Source: Andalucia godoyi And28 (Eukaryota; Protista; Jakobida). From it: a stretch of DNA of 64,000 bases. Made by a program: the position numbers and the translations under genes. Shown one piece after another: positions 44,901 to 55,712 of the stretch. The notes under the pieces were generated by a model that did not search any database, was not told the origin of the DNA, and saw nothing but the letters and a program-made list of their open reading frames with translations. The stretch spans positions 133,290 through 197,289 of the forward strand of contig VRVR01000019.1 in assembly GCA_009859145.1 (NCBI GenBank), in the 5' to 3' direction. Every line of letters begins with the position of its first letter. The first letter of the stretch is position 1.

Positions 44901-45435
44901 AATATTCATCAAAGACCTTGTCAAAAGTATACACTCTTTCTTTCCGAGCTCGCTCGGCACCGTCAAATGCAACACCGGAATCTGGGTCCAGGAGAAACAC
45001 CATTGCATCTTGGATCCTCAAAATCACGGGCATTTTGTAGCGTGCCCGTTGCGATGTCGCAAGCATTCGTTCCTTCTCCGTCAACGGTCGAGAACGAACC
45101 GCTACCATGATGCGGTTCTCCGTTGGATGCGCAGACTCGCGGTGACTGTGACTGTGGCCATGGTTACTGTGAGCATGATTCTGGTTGTGATTCATGTTGT
45201 GGCTGTCAGATCCTAGTCTTGCTGATAGCGGAGCATGTAGGTGGTGATGATGGTGGTGGTGTTGCACGGGAGCAGCGGATGATGATGACGACTGAGAATC
45301 CATTGTGGAGACTTGCTGATTGGTCGAATATCCTGAATGACTACTCGACGAATACAAGGGCATATCGGAAGCGAGCCCAAGATGTGCACTGCTTGAATGA
45401 ATTATCTGGCCGTTTTGCGGTGGGGACGGAGACAT
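41971..45435 (-). CDS. Kinesin-8 family (KIF18/KIF19-like) motor (1154 aa)
   Basis: VAVRSRP, FAYGMTGAGKT, SSRSHAIF, DLAGSERAA..NRG.RM.EGANINRSLLALGNCIN.L, VPYRDSKLTRLLKDSLGGN.RTVMIANVSP...YEETHNTLKYA.RAK.I, followed by a coiled coil and low-complexity tail. Confidence 0.93.
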   Translation of the reverse strand: MSPSPPQNGQIIHSSSAHLGLASDMPLYSSSSHSGYSTNQQVSTMDSQSSSSSAAPVQHHHHHHHLHAPLSARLGSDSHNMNHNQNHAHSNHGHSHSHRESAHPTENRIMVAVRSRPLTEKERMLATSQRARYKMPVILRIQDAMVFLLDPDSGVAFDGAERARKERVYTFDKVFDEYSSNDDVYSQTTKPLIDGVLDGYNATCFAYGMTGAGKTYTMMGRMDGSVKGMYALCMDDIFQRIRTDTDREYRVRVSFLEIYNEKIKDLLNPAGPKYLDLHEDPSKGMVVQDLSEFEVKNVEDVQLIIEEGSKKRTMAATGANVASSRSHAIFQMTVEQKDRSRNIVEELRVSKLNLIDLAGSERAARSDNRGIRMVEGANINRSLLALGNCINILDNGGTYVPYRDSKLTRLLKDSLGGNTRTVMIANVSPSVLYYEETHNTLKYASRAKNIRHKITRNTVSVEQHISEYKRIIESLRTEVDTLKTKIRMQTDGHSPMSTPRLTSPQMSGALNASNISHGSGNDASGIMLSPDQQKLLESELHRLKMERIDMHSRILEMQKRALMAEHEQKTLEKELVALRSELSHYKSNSSASSSPRLPSEDSTPSRDTSASRMVSPRLQSARRERKEKESAAAATTAVSVLNQDQILFVKRPLGNTQQQQPHSQAPQQAPMSLQQQHQQVIRRLSSEFEQEHETAVRPQQTAPKVPSRPPPSVQSATQRPVTASQTSSTSAGAVPVVPKLNLASLAPVPGTATPSTGASTVPSASTLTSISAAGTASSSAGGSVGPLSASPAYADQKPSAPRPLSARMPSSKDLGTYGTQSTHSSYTSLASRGTLSSRVAGPGLVTPLSNPTPASIVSPRATAGYAAPTIASQMSARYPGPPTEAHLSTRSRASAPSGPAANSATSNPSSAAYASSYASNQDNVPISQQPAPTQHSHSNGAADAATSISIVQSSANSYSFSSAPTPVSAANSTTPAVTLSAASGNDGGFEAEASRIRKQIMERQKLLQKISGRSVSSSATNNSVPVSTILQPSTSANPSSASTTSAPPVPALPLSARVKSTGSLSLSADRPLSERHATGASVGANNTGLSQPQNGTSGTTASAPSDKRREALAEKQKQRLAAFEDLQRQVSAVLSRTSTVRAQIDGQSAPSTAR

Positions 45436-45454
45436 CTGAATCGTTCCCTCCTGT

Positions 45455-45871
45455 TCTTGTTCTTGTTCTTGTTCTTGTTCTTGTTCTTCTCACTCTTTCG
45501 GATAATCAAACAGCTTCAGCTAGGCATTCGACCGTGTTTCTCTTACACAAATTGCAACCAACAAATATTAAGAAAAACAGAATATGGGAGAAAGAAGGAG
45601 CTGCGGGCAGAATTCAAAGAAAAAATGGAATCCAGATTTCCAACAACTTTTGCGATTTGCAAAACAAGAAAAATGCAGCGACGACTCTTCCTCTTCGTAA
45701 AGCTAAATTAGAAAATCAAAAACCACCCCCTAAAGATATCAAAATGCACGAACACCACTAGCAAAAAACAACAACAACAATAGCGGTAATAACAACGCTA
45801 AAAAACAATAATTACAGCTATTATTATTATTCTTACGACTATAATTATTATTCTTATTTATAAAAATAATT

Positions 45872-45906
<35 letters not shown>

Positions 45907-46262
45907 TGATAAACAAAGATGGAGAGGCATGCCGGACGGAACAACCTAGGTTGGGAAAGAAATTGGGGGATTTGGGATGGAGAGACTAAAGGAAATGTGT
46001 TCGTTGAGGTCTTTATTTTATTTTGTTTTGACCTCGGGAAACTAGGGTTGTTGTTGCTGCTGCTGTTGCACAATACAAAGGTCAAAGGGGAACTTATCGG
46101 CTTTTTGACGCTTATTCTCCTTTCCCTTCTTTCTGTTGTCATTCTCATGATTGTCATTGCTATTATCACTACTCTTGCTATTATTATTATTGCTGTATTA
46201 CCCAATTTTTTTTTGTTTTGCTGTTGTTATTGTTATTGTTATTGTTATTGTTATTGTTGTTG
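45455..46262. repeat. Microsatellites in the kinesin-8/SNF4 divergent spacer: (TTCTTG)n, (GATGAC)n, (TTA)n, (TTGTTA)n
   Basis: Directly visible at ~45455-45487, ~45870-45910 and ~46220-46260. Confidence 0.9.
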
Positions 46263-46435
46263 TTTTTTTTTGTTTTTTTTGGCTTCGTCTTGTTCCCACC
46301 CATTATTTTCTCTGTGGTTTTTTTGTGTTGGGTGTGTTTTCCACAGTTCTCAGTCAGCCAGTCTCAGTCAGTCTCAGTCGGTCTCAGTCGGCAACGTGTA
46401 TTATTTCCCCCTCAGTGGATAACAGTAGGTCGAAG

Positions 46436-47707
46436 ATGGAGGGTGCTGAGCGGATTTTGGATTTCCTGTCCAAGCGTACGCTGTATGACATGATGCCTCA
46501 TAGTTGCAAGGTGGTCGTGTACGATGTGGATTTGCGGGTGAAGGATGCGTTCCGCGGCGCAGTCGAGCATGAAATGACGTTTGCTACGCTATGGGATGGA
46601 AGGATAAAGGATTTTGTGGGTATGTTGACAGTAACGGATTTCATCGACATTATGTTGTACTTCCGTCAGGTTTCACAAGGCGATCCGTCGCGGATGCTTA
46701 TGGAGCTTGAAGAGTATCGCATCTGCACATGGCGAGGAATGCAGAAGAGAAATCGGCCAAACAAGCTATTGTTTGCAGATCCCGAGGAGTCCCTCTTGTC
46801 TGCGGCAGTCAAGCTTCGGCATAACCGGATCCATCGGTTGCCTGTTCTCGACCGGGATGAGAACGCAAAGTCACTCTTGTACATTGTAACCCACTCTCGA
46901 ATGATGGATGACATCGTCCGACATTTTGACTTTTCCATGATCCCGCTGGTGCAACGATCAATCGAAGAACTGGGCGTTGGGACGTTCTCCGATCCCGTCA
47001 CGGTTCCCAAACATGCGAAGTTGGACCAGGTTCTCCGCACGTTATCCCAGAGGTCCATCTCCGCCGTGCCCGTTGTGGGTGCCGACGGCGTTGCTATAGA
47101 CATCTACTCCAGAACAGACGTCATGGATCTTGCCGCTGATCGTTTCTACAATCTCGATGCAACGGTTGCACAAGCGCTGGAGCACCGTCGAGTCAAGGAT
47201 GTACACAAGGGCGAGCGGACGCTGCACACTTGCACCAGAAAGGACTCGCTTGCGTCGGTGATGACCAGGCTCGTGAACAATAGAGTCCACAGGTTGGTGT
47301 GCGTCGATGCTGGCGGGCGTGTTGTTGGCATTGTTTCCATGTCAGACATCTTTGACTTTTTCCTGGATCAGCAGCCTGGCTACTCTCCTCCGCCCAAGCG
47401 GTCCGCTGGAGTTGCGCAGCCAGTCTCCACGCCTTCTCAGCCCGCATCCGTGACATCCTCTGCGGCGTTTCCGTCCCAGGCACACTCTCACGCATCTTCG
47501 CACGGATCTGTGTCAGCGGTGCCATTTGGCGATCTGAAAATTGGCAGTCACGGCCACTCAAGCGCCGCCTCTGCTGCGCAGGATGCCGTGGTTGCTGGCG
47601 GCGCGGTTCCGAATCCTACGCAGCAGTTTGATGAAGATCTGGATGTCGATATGAGAGGTATTCGATCGAACTCGGATCAGGACATGTTTGATATGGATCA
47701 CGCGTAA
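46436..47707 (+). CDS. SNF4: AMPK gamma/SNF4 regulatory subunit (4 CBS domains)
   Basis: FLSKRTLYDMMPHSCKVVVYDVDL.VK.AF, LWD....FVGMLTVTDFI, RIHRLPVLD, SISAVPVV, NRVHRLVCVD...VVGIVSMSDI. Start taken at ATG 46436; the upstream in-frame sequence is microsatellite-rich. Confidence 0.95.
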   Translation: MEGAERILDFLSKRTLYDMMPHSCKVVVYDVDLRVKDAFRGAVEHEMTFATLWDGRIKDFVGMLTVTDFIDIMLYFRQVSQGDPSRMLMELEEYRICTWRGMQKRNRPNKLLFADPEESLLSAAVKLRHNRIHRLPVLDRDENAKSLLYIVTHSRMMDDIVRHFDFSMIPLVQRSIEELGVGTFSDPVTVPKHAKLDQVLRTLSQRSISAVPVVGADGVAIDIYSRTDVMDLAADRFYNLDATVAQALEHRRVKDVHKGERTLHTCTRKDSLASVMTRLVNNRVHRLVCVDAGGRVVGIVSMSDIFDFFLDQQPGYSPPPKRSAGVAQPVSTPSQPASVTSSAAFPSQAHSHASSHGSVSAVPFGDLKIGSHGHSSAASAAQDAVVAGGAVPNPTQQFDEDLDVDMRGIRSNSDQDMFDMDHA

Positions 47708-47904
47708 AACGATTTGCAGAAAGAACACCGAGAAATATGTGGATGATTTACAAAACTTCGAAACCAAAATCTCGCTTCGACCGTGTGGAGCAAGATGCCA
47801 GTGCTCACAAGCAGAATGTCTGCTTCCGTTGCTTTGGGACCGGTGAGCTCAGCAGTGCTCTCCGTGCGGCAAGGCGCACGCAAAGTTTTTGGCCTCCAAT
47901 ATCC

Positions 47905-48604
47905 TCACAAATCTTTTCGAATCTCGTCAAAGGTAAGACTCGGATTCTTGGCAGTGAAATAGTAGTACACCTTGCGAGACAATGCCTCGCCAATTCGGCG
48001 ATCTCGCGTATTGTATTCTGCAGTGGTCACCAGGTTGGCAAGCATGAGTTCCTTGGCCTGGGAAGACAGGCCCGAGGTATGATACGCCTCCATCAGATGA
48101 TTCAGAGTCGGGTACCGCAAACGAATAGATTTTGCAACATCTTCCGCGACACCCGGAAGAGCCAGCAGCATTTCATGAAAGATCTCCGATCCGTCGAACG
48201 AGGAACGCAATTCTCCCTTGGAATACTGTCGGTCGCGATCTCGGTACGGCGCTTCACAAACAGATCTGCACAACCGTCCAATCAGGTCCGCTGACTCCTT
48301 CTCGTTCACCGTTTCGACTACATAGAACTGATGCATGGCTTCCAAAATCTGCAAAGCATCTCGATAATCCTCCAGACTGACAGCAGCAAATGCTGCATCT
48401 TTCTGGCGTTTAGTGAGTCTACTGGATCTTCGTGGGCCACGACCGCCTCGCAGATCAGTGTCGCTCCCGGAGAACGCCTCCTCCTGCGCAGCTAGTATAT
48501 GGCTCTGAACTGCGGTTGACGCCGCTTTGTTTTGAATTGCAGCAATTCTTGCAGAAACTCCTTCCAGAAAAAGAAAGATTCTGAAACGCTCACGGGGGCC
48601 ACTA

Positions 48605-48651
<47 letters not shown>

Positions 48652-51002
48652 GCTGGAGCTGGGAAACTGCTTCTTGATGTTTTCTGCAAAGTGATTCAAT
48701 TTCTTGTGAGCGAGAACAGAACACAGGGTGTCGGCAGAAATGCGGATCACTACAAATGATTCCAGCTGCAGTTTCTCAAGGGATGAGCACAGGGAAGAGC
48801 GCAGGTCGGAACTGAAAGGCTTAACAATGGACCACACATCCCTCTTCTCTTGCAGGTCTTGAATTCGTTGAAGCATGATCGATTTCTCGTGCTTCCGTCG
48901 AGTCATATATTCCAGCATGTCTTCCAGACGGTCCGCTATCTTTGGAACGCGTCGCAGCATCATCAGCGAGGAGGATACGCGCAAGTGATGTGTGAAGACG
49001 TGGGGAAACTCTGCAAGGACTGTGGACAACGCAAGGCTGCCCAGTGCAGGATCCACCAGCACAACACATTCCTCGCGATCGAAAGATCCAGACGATTGGG
49101 ATCGTTCAAACTGCGCTCGAAATTTCTCCTGCGTCTTCCTTTCCTTTTCGAGTCGCTTTTCGACCTTCTTCTCTTCTTCCTCCTTGATCTTCGTCAGCGT
49201 CTCCAGCGCCTTCTTCTTCTTATTCTCCAGTTTCTTTCTGAATGCGTCGGCCTTTCGGTACATTGAGGATTCCGAGTCCATGCTCAGCAAGGAGCAACCA
49301 AATTGCTTAATTACCTCAACGTCTATCAGGATAGAAGCATCCTCAAGCGCCCTCAGCTTTCGAGATGCGAGCAGTTGACTGGACGACGACGACGACGACG
49401 AGCGACCAGTCGCACTTCTGCGACCAGCAGATGGTGAGCAGTCACGAGACGACGGAAGAGAGATGACCGCATCTGGCGTGAGAGGACGGAAATTGACAGA
49501 AAACCCGTCATTGTCCAGTTCATGACGATTTTGAATTCCAGAAGTTGATGATCCAAGCACAAATGCCTGCTGGACAGCCAATGAATCATCGCCGTCAAAG
49601 CCAAAACCATTACCGTCGACAACGACGGTGTCATCGTCATCATCATCTGAAATTTCAATTACATCATCGGCGCTGTGAGAGGAGGCTGTCCTTTCCGGTG
49701 GGTCATGAAACGACACGGAGTCGCGAGCCGTGGACAATACTGAAGCCGCATCTATTGGTTTCCAAGTCGAACTGGAGGGCTGAGCCGCAGCGGCCATGTG
49801 TCGCCTTATGGCATCCATCAGTCTGGATCCTACTATGAAAAAACAAGGAATTAGAGAGCAGTTTGAGAAAGAAAAGTAACCATAGCAGTATATAGGAAGG
49901 AACAAACCATCTTACTTACCGTGGGAATCTTTGTCCGTGCTCGTGTCGTTCTTGGTCGGTTTCGAGCTACGCAAAATCAGCGGAAAATGCGCAGAAAAAA
50001 GAAAATGTGAGCAACCATGAAGCAGAAGAATTTAAAAAAAAAAACACCAGGAAAAGAAGGGAAGCAACAGGAAGTTCCATACCGAACGACTCTCAAAAAC
50101 TGCGGACTAAAAGGCGATTCTTGGGCTAGGTTGATCAGCGATGAAGTAGACGATGATTTTGCTTGCTCAGGAGTTTTCTGTGCGGGTCCGCCGTGTTTGG
50201 TTGAAACAGTTGTCGGAGACGTCGACAAGGCTCGTTCTCGTTCATGATTGTTGTCGATTCGCGGAGAAGGTGAACACGCGGACGATGAAACGGAACTGGA
50301 GGCTGGGGGAAACGAAACTGTGGTTGGCGACGCTGCCGATTGGGATGCAGTGGGCGGTATCTCGCACGACAACGAAGCAGTTCTCCGTTTCTTCACCGGG
50401 GGACAGTCTTCAATACGAACGTCATCCAAAGAAAGAAAGCCTTCCGGAATCCCAGTGTCTGCAGATTCCGATTCCAACGCCGTTTTACGGGAGACACCAC
50501 CATGGCGCTGGTCTGCTATTGTGGAATCCAATCGTAATGGATCGCATGTTCTGAGCTGCTGCGACGGAATCATCGCAGCCTCCCGTGCATCAATGGAGGA
50601 AGCCGGGCTTGCGTGCGCCATGGTCGCAACCGATTGGTCCGGAGAAGATGACCGGCGGCTTGGCGAAGAAGACGGGCGTCGTGGCGATCTCGACCGCGAC
50701 GATGGCGTGGACGGTTGGACGGTCTCCGTTTCATGGTCAGGAAGACCAGGACCGTGACCGGACTCGGTCAAGAAACGATCCATGTGTGGAGTACGTGCGG
50801 ATGGATCTCTTGCTGGATCGCAGTCGGTGCCTGTCACGTGGCGCACAACAGTTTGCATTCCGCTGTCAAAAAGCACTTCTAAAGTGTTTTCGGGATTCTG
50901 AAATAGCCGTAAGTGACTTCTGATGTACTTGATGTCATGTTCAGAATCCACAGGGAACACATTCAACACAAAAGAAAGCCAGTCGGAGATTTGGTCACTC
51001 AT
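47905..51002 (-). CDS. EME1: EME1/MMS4 (non-catalytic MUS81 partner), predicted 3 exons: 50083-51002, 49920-49966, 47905-49832 (964 aa)
   Basis: C-terminal ERCC4-like domain lacks the catalytic ERKxxxD motif, followed by MLLALPGVAEDVAKSIRLRYPT..HLMEAY...RRIGEALSRKVY (EME1 HhH region). Introns 49967-50082 (GTATGG..GCTGAT..TAG) and 49833-49919 (GTAAGT..CTAAT..TAG) join the two ORFs in frame (2895 nt). Confidence 0.82.
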
Positions 51003-51224
51003 GTACGGACAACCCTGGGCGTGAGCGCAAGCTTCAAAACACGCATTGCAGGATGGAAGAATAATAATATAATATAGAAATTAAAAAAATGAAAAGAAAT
51101 CAATAAAAGGTGGCTCGTTGATGAACACAATGGGTATCCGGGAAAAGGACTTCCGAGGGTCTCAGCTACAGTTGGCATGCATGCCCAAAGTGTGTCGATT
51201 TAACGGGCGCAGAGAGTCGGAGGC

Positions 51225-51638
51225 TCAGGACTGGGTTTCGTCATCGTCAGCCACTTGCGCAAACATCGAGAACCTTGAAATGTCGAAGCAGCACCGGCTC
51301 GAAAGTTTGTGTCGATTATTCCAAGCGCAGACCAAAGCGAGTTCGATTGTCTTCGTCGTCGACAGTCGATTCCGTGTTTTCGAGTGAATGAAACTGAAGT
51401 TCGACCAGACTCTTTCTGTCGACGCAGAATTACAAATGACTGGCAGAAGACGCAGCGCCACCTTTGAAATGATCCGCCAATTCGGACCAACAAGCTGCAT
51501 TCTTTTCCAAAATGTCATTGCGTCGCCATTTGCCCGATTCCACAGCAACTCTTCATTGCGACCGTCCTTGAACCGGTTGTCCAGAACCGTTTGAAAATCA
51601 TAATACTCTTGGTATTCTTTTCCGGGACGAGCTAGCAT
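51225..51638 (-). mobile_element. hAT transposase remnant (C-terminal dimerisation domain only)
   Basis: FW...WRIISKVALRLLPVICNSASTERVWSNFSFIHSKTRNRLSTTK...L is the hAT dimerisation motif. An in-frame TGA lies 10 codons upstream, followed by a homopolymer tract. No DDE core or TIRs seen. Confidence 0.8.
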
Positions 51639-51947
51639 GTGGAATCCTGCTGATGTGGAGATCCGTCAAATGTTTCCTTTGGTACCGGGGGGGGGGGGGG
51701 TCTAAAGAATACGCAACTAAAATGCGATCATCCGACACACACTGCGACAAATGTTGTTCGAACTCATCGACTTGGCATATGATTACCAGCCAGAAGGATC
51801 CGGTTTTGTAATCGACGGAAACATCGGTCTGGCAATTTACCTTCTCTTAAATCTGAAAGATCCAGAAACCCAATCGTCCCATGAAGCCGCGTGCTGCTTC
51901 GACATTTCAAGGTTCTCGATGTTTGCGCAAGTGGCTGACGATGACGA
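51238..51947. repeat. 57-bp perfect inverted repeat (51238-51294 / 51891-51947)
   Basis: TCGTCATCGTCAGCCACTTGCGCAAACATCGAGAACCTTGAAATGTCGAAGCAGCAC is the exact reverse complement of 51891-51947. Both copies encode CCFDISRFSMFAQVADDD. Confidence 0.95.
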
Positions 51948-52511
51948 TGACGATGATGTTGCGGATACGTCTTCCGTCTCATCAACCAGTGATCAAGAAG
52001 AAGAGCTGAGGGAAAACGGACCGGTGGCTGTCTTTCTAGAACAGGATGCGCCATCGGCATGGTCGTTTGAAAATGAAACTGATTCTGCAGCAGCCATGAT
52101 CTGCAGGATGTGTCAACCTTCGTAAATCGTAAAACATACTGAGCATCAAATATGGCAGAAAGGGCTGGCGTCGTCTGACGAATCCTACTCAGGACGCGGA
52201 TGTCCAGGACCGAGAAGATCAAAGGCAGTTCATTTGCAGGCTGAAGCCATTTGCACATCCGAGTGTCAGCATGAGAAGGAGAGAACGATAGTATTCGAGA
52301 CCCAGGACTTTGGCAGGTTGAATAACGGGATTTCAGGAGGGAAAGCATCCTGCATTCAATTGAAGTGCTTGCAGTGTAGACAATTTGTGCTGGGGGTTTT
52401 TAGGGACCGCTCCGCAAGGGCTGGAAAACGAAATTTGGTGGAAGGATTGCGTTGTTATAGCAAAACGAAGAAACAGAAGAAGGCGAAGAGGAGAGTTCAC
52501 AACATCAAGCG

Positions 52512-53591
52512 ATGCAGATCATTAGAAATGTTTTTGAGGCCATTGGAAACACTCCATTGTGGGAAATCGGTTGTTTGTCGAGAGCAACGCGGTGCAGAAT
52601 CTTCATCAAGGCCGAATTTTGCAATCCTGGAGGATCGATCAAGGACCGAGCAGCGCGTTCGATGATACTGGACGCTGAGGCTCGAGGAATTCTGGATCCG
52701 AGAAACCCAGCCAAGTACGGAATCACAGAGGAGACGGGCGGGAACACGGGAATTGCACTTGCGATGTTATGCCGTCAGCGCGGATACAGGTGCATTTTGG
52801 CGGTCCAAGAAGGGATGGAGGCCTCGAAGCTGCGAATCATGGAACGTCTGGGCGCACAGATCATAACGTGCCCGAAGGATGTGGGAGTGGATGATCCCGA
52901 TCACTACACAAATAAGCCACGGAGCATTGCTGCTGCGAATCCTGGGTTCTATTTCACGAAGCAGTCTGACAATTGGGCAAATCCAATGGCACACATCGAC
53001 ACTACCGGACCCGAAGCATGGTCACAGGTCTCCTCCTTAGCAACAGCAGGAGAAGGAGAAGGAGAAGGAGGCGAGGGGAGGAAAAAGATCATCGATGGGT
53101 TTGTGTGTTCGTCGGGAACCGGAGGGACGATCGCAGGGATGTCAAAGTTCTTGAAAGAAAAGGACGCTTCGATCCAAGTGTTCTTTATCGATCCTCCCGG
53201 GTCTGGTAATCGAGAGTACTATGAGCATGGGCGGTTCAAAGTATCAGAAGGAACCACCCATGCAGAAGGAGTGGGGTCGACGTACCTAACGCGCAACTTC
53301 CAAGAGGCTTGCACGCGCATTGACGGTTCATTTTCATGCTCGAATGAAGAAATGGCTAAAATGAACCAGCTGATCGTCGAGCAAGAAGGACTATTCCTTG
53401 GTCCGTCTTCGGCCATGAACCTCGTCGGCACAGTCAAGCTTGCTCGGATTCTCGGTCCCGGAAAGACAGTTCTCTCCGTGGCATGCGACGGTGGCGAGCG
53501 ATACGTCTCGACACTCTGTGACCCCGAGGCCGAGAGAAGACAGGGAATCTACTTTCGAAACGTACCTAGCAATCTTTCCTGGATCTCCTAA
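52512..53591 (+). CDS. Cysteine synthase (PLP-dependent O-acetylserine sulfhydrylase family)
   Basis: IKAEFCNPGGSIKDR (PLP lysine), TGGNTGIALA, SGTGGTIAG, EGVG, EGLFLGPSSAMN, CDGGERY.S.L. Confidence 0.93.
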   Translation: MQIIRNVFEAIGNTPLWEIGCLSRATRCRIFIKAEFCNPGGSIKDRAARSMILDAEARGILDPRNPAKYGITEETGGNTGIALAMLCRQRGYRCILAVQEGMEASKLRIMERLGAQIITCPKDVGVDDPDHYTNKPRSIAAANPGFYFTKQSDNWANPMAHIDTTGPEAWSQVSSLATAGEGEGEGGEGRKKIIDGFVCSSGTGGTIAGMSKFLKEKDASIQVFFIDPPGSGNREYYEHGRFKVSEGTTHAEGVGSTYLTRNFQEACTRIDGSFSCSNEEMAKMNQLIVEQEGLFLGPSSAMNLVGTVKLARILGPGKTVLSVACDGGERYVSTLCDPEAERRQGIYFRNVPSNLSWIS

Positions 53592-53871
53592 ATGATCCGT
53601 CACATTTCCTGAAATCTGATGCACCGTCACCATCATCAATCGGCAAGGTTGTGCGCGAAGTGCGGGCAAACCGGGTGGACCGGGAGTAAAAATCGAGATC
53701 TTTCCGCTTAAAGGTCCATTCTGTTCTTTTCTTTTCTTTTCTTACTTTCTTACTTTTTCTTCTTCTTCTTCCTTTCACCCATTCTCGTTTTTGTTCTTTC
53801 AGCATATTTTCCTTCTTGTTTTCATTTCGTTTCTGGCGTCATCATTTTTCGTGCTGCACGGTATCTGGGAA

Positions 53872-54915
53872 ATGCAGAATCGACTGGGATTGCTGTTGTG
53901 CTTGCTCTTCTTCTTCTCTGCCTGCTGCGCTGCACAGTCGAAGACGTATGTCAATCCAGTGGTGGAAACACTTGATCTTCCTGATCCCGGCGTGATGTTT
54001 GACACTGATACGTCCTTGTATTATGCTGCCACAACATCGCAGTCGACTCCGAATGCATACCCGATTCGATCCTCGAAGGATCTCGTGAACTGGGACGTCG
54101 TCGGTCATATTTTCCCTTCGGACAGCACTACGCGTCCCAAATGGGCCGTGACTGACTTTTGGGCTCCTGAAATCCACTCGGTTCCCGTCACAGGATCGAC
54201 TTCGCATCGGCGATTTCTTGCTGTGTTTGCGGCACGCGATACCACGGGGATCCTCTGTGTTGGGCTCGCATTTTCCGACTCGCAGTCTGCGCTTGGTCCG
54301 TGGAAGGACGTTGGTGCCCCGTTCGTGAGAAATGCCTCTGTCGGCATGATCGATCCGCATTTGTTTGTCGATCCCGAGACTCTGCTTACGTATCTTGTGT
54401 GGAAAGAAGACGGAAATGGCGCACGTCCGCCTGAAAAGCATACTCCGATCTGGGCACAGCTGCTCGACACATCCAAACTGGAGCTAACGGGGTCGCGCAT
54501 CAAGCTGATTGAGAATACACTGGACTGGGAAGGGCCGCTTGTCGAGGCTCCTTTTATCATCTACGCCAATGACATGTACTATCTCTTTTATTCCTGCAAT
54601 GCGTTCTACAATGACAAGTACGCGGTGGGTGTTGCGCGGTCTAAATACGTACTCGGGCCCTACGAGAAGCTCGCTACCCCGGTTGTCCATTCCAATGAGA
54701 AGTGGGCAGGACCCGGCCACTGCTCTGTTGTTCCCACGCGCAGCGGAAAATCCTGGGCCATGGTCTATCACTCATGGCTGGTGCCCAATGTCGGAGCGCC
54801 AGGAGACTCTCGCTTGCTTATGGCCGACGAGCTGCAATGGACTTCCGATGGCTGGCCGCAGCTCTCCACGCTGACCAATTCGCCGTCCACCGGTCCCGTC
54901 CCGTATCCAACCTGA
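53872..54915 (+). CDS. Secreted glycoside hydrolase family 43 (xylosidase/arabinanase-like five-bladed propeller)
   Basis: Signal peptide MQNRLGLLLCLLFFFSACCAA; NPV...PDP (base), WAPE, IDP (pKa modulator), VEAP (acid), YYLFYS, GPGH.SV. Start taken at ATG 53872. Confidence 0.92.
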   Translation: MQNRLGLLLCLLFFFSACCAAQSKTYVNPVVETLDLPDPGVMFDTDTSLYYAATTSQSTPNAYPIRSSKDLVNWDVVGHIFPSDSTTRPKWAVTDFWAPEIHSVPVTGSTSHRRFLAVFAARDTTGILCVGLAFSDSQSALGPWKDVGAPFVRNASVGMIDPHLFVDPETLLTYLVWKEDGNGARPPEKHTPIWAQLLDTSKLELTGSRIKLIENTLDWEGPLVEAPFIIYANDMYYLFYSCNAFYNDKYAVGVARSKYVLGPYEKLATPVVHSNEKWAGPGHCSVVPTRSGKSWAMVYHSWLVPNVGAPGDSRLLMADELQWTSDGWPQLSTLTNSPSTGPVPYPT

Positions 54916-54965
54916 GGGCGCATCCTGTGTACCTGCAGACGGCATGCGACTTGCCTGCGTACGTG

Positions 54966-54999
<34 letters not shown>

Positions 55000-55514
55000 T
55001 CTCTCTCTCTCTCTCTCTCTCACTCACATACTAGTCTCTACTCTCCAGCAGCACCAGCTTGAGGTCAGTTTGAGGAGTGGTCTGTTCCATGTGGCCTTTT
55101 TCGTTTTTTATTTTTTTCGGTGTTGTATTTTCTCTCTCATCTCAACGCATTAAAATCAAAGTGTCTTAGTCCGATCAATAGTATACCATCTTTCCTCAAA
55201 CGAGCTCTGTTAAAAAGGAATCTCGCTTTTAAATTTCCTCTTAACTGATTCCTTGTTTGATGCTTTGGCTTTGATCAAGGAGGAAAACAGAAAGACTGGG
55301 CTCCATTTTTGAAGAATTGTCTGCAATTGTTCGCAGAAATGACAGAATCGGCAGCTCTGTTCTTCGTGTTTGGTGCCGGGACATTGCTGACTGCAGTACT
55401 TACTTTTGCGCTGCTTCTTGTCCGCAGAAGAAAGATGGAAGAAGACTTTCGACAACACTACATGCAGCTCGTTTCATCGGTATAAGCACCACACTGTGAA
55501 ATTCAAGTGTTCCC

Positions 55515-55712
55515 TTTGGCACGCATGCTGCGCCTCAAACAGATTTTTTTTTTGGCGTAAAGGGACTTTATAAGCCAGCATCAGCGCTCATCATCGATTA
55601 CAAAGGAATCGGTTGTCAATATTCGACAGTGTCTCTCAGCGGGCCCTCGACCTGCACACGTTCAGCCATACTATCCGATGATGCCACAGTCGTCAACCAG
55701 ACCTTTGGGTTG
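55515..55712 (+). repeat. Dispersed repeat, copy 2 (copy 1 at 11775-11980)
   Basis: Near-identical to copy 1 in the same orientation. Confidence 0.95.

Noticed and set aside
49909-49925. TACTTACC resembling the U1 snRNA 5' end
   Set aside because: It is the reverse complement of the GGTAAGTA splice donor of the EME1 intron.
51238-51947. 57-bp inverted repeat interpreted as transposon TIRs
   Set aside because: The arms lie within transposase-like coding sequence and no target-site duplication is seen; recorded instead as an inverted duplication.
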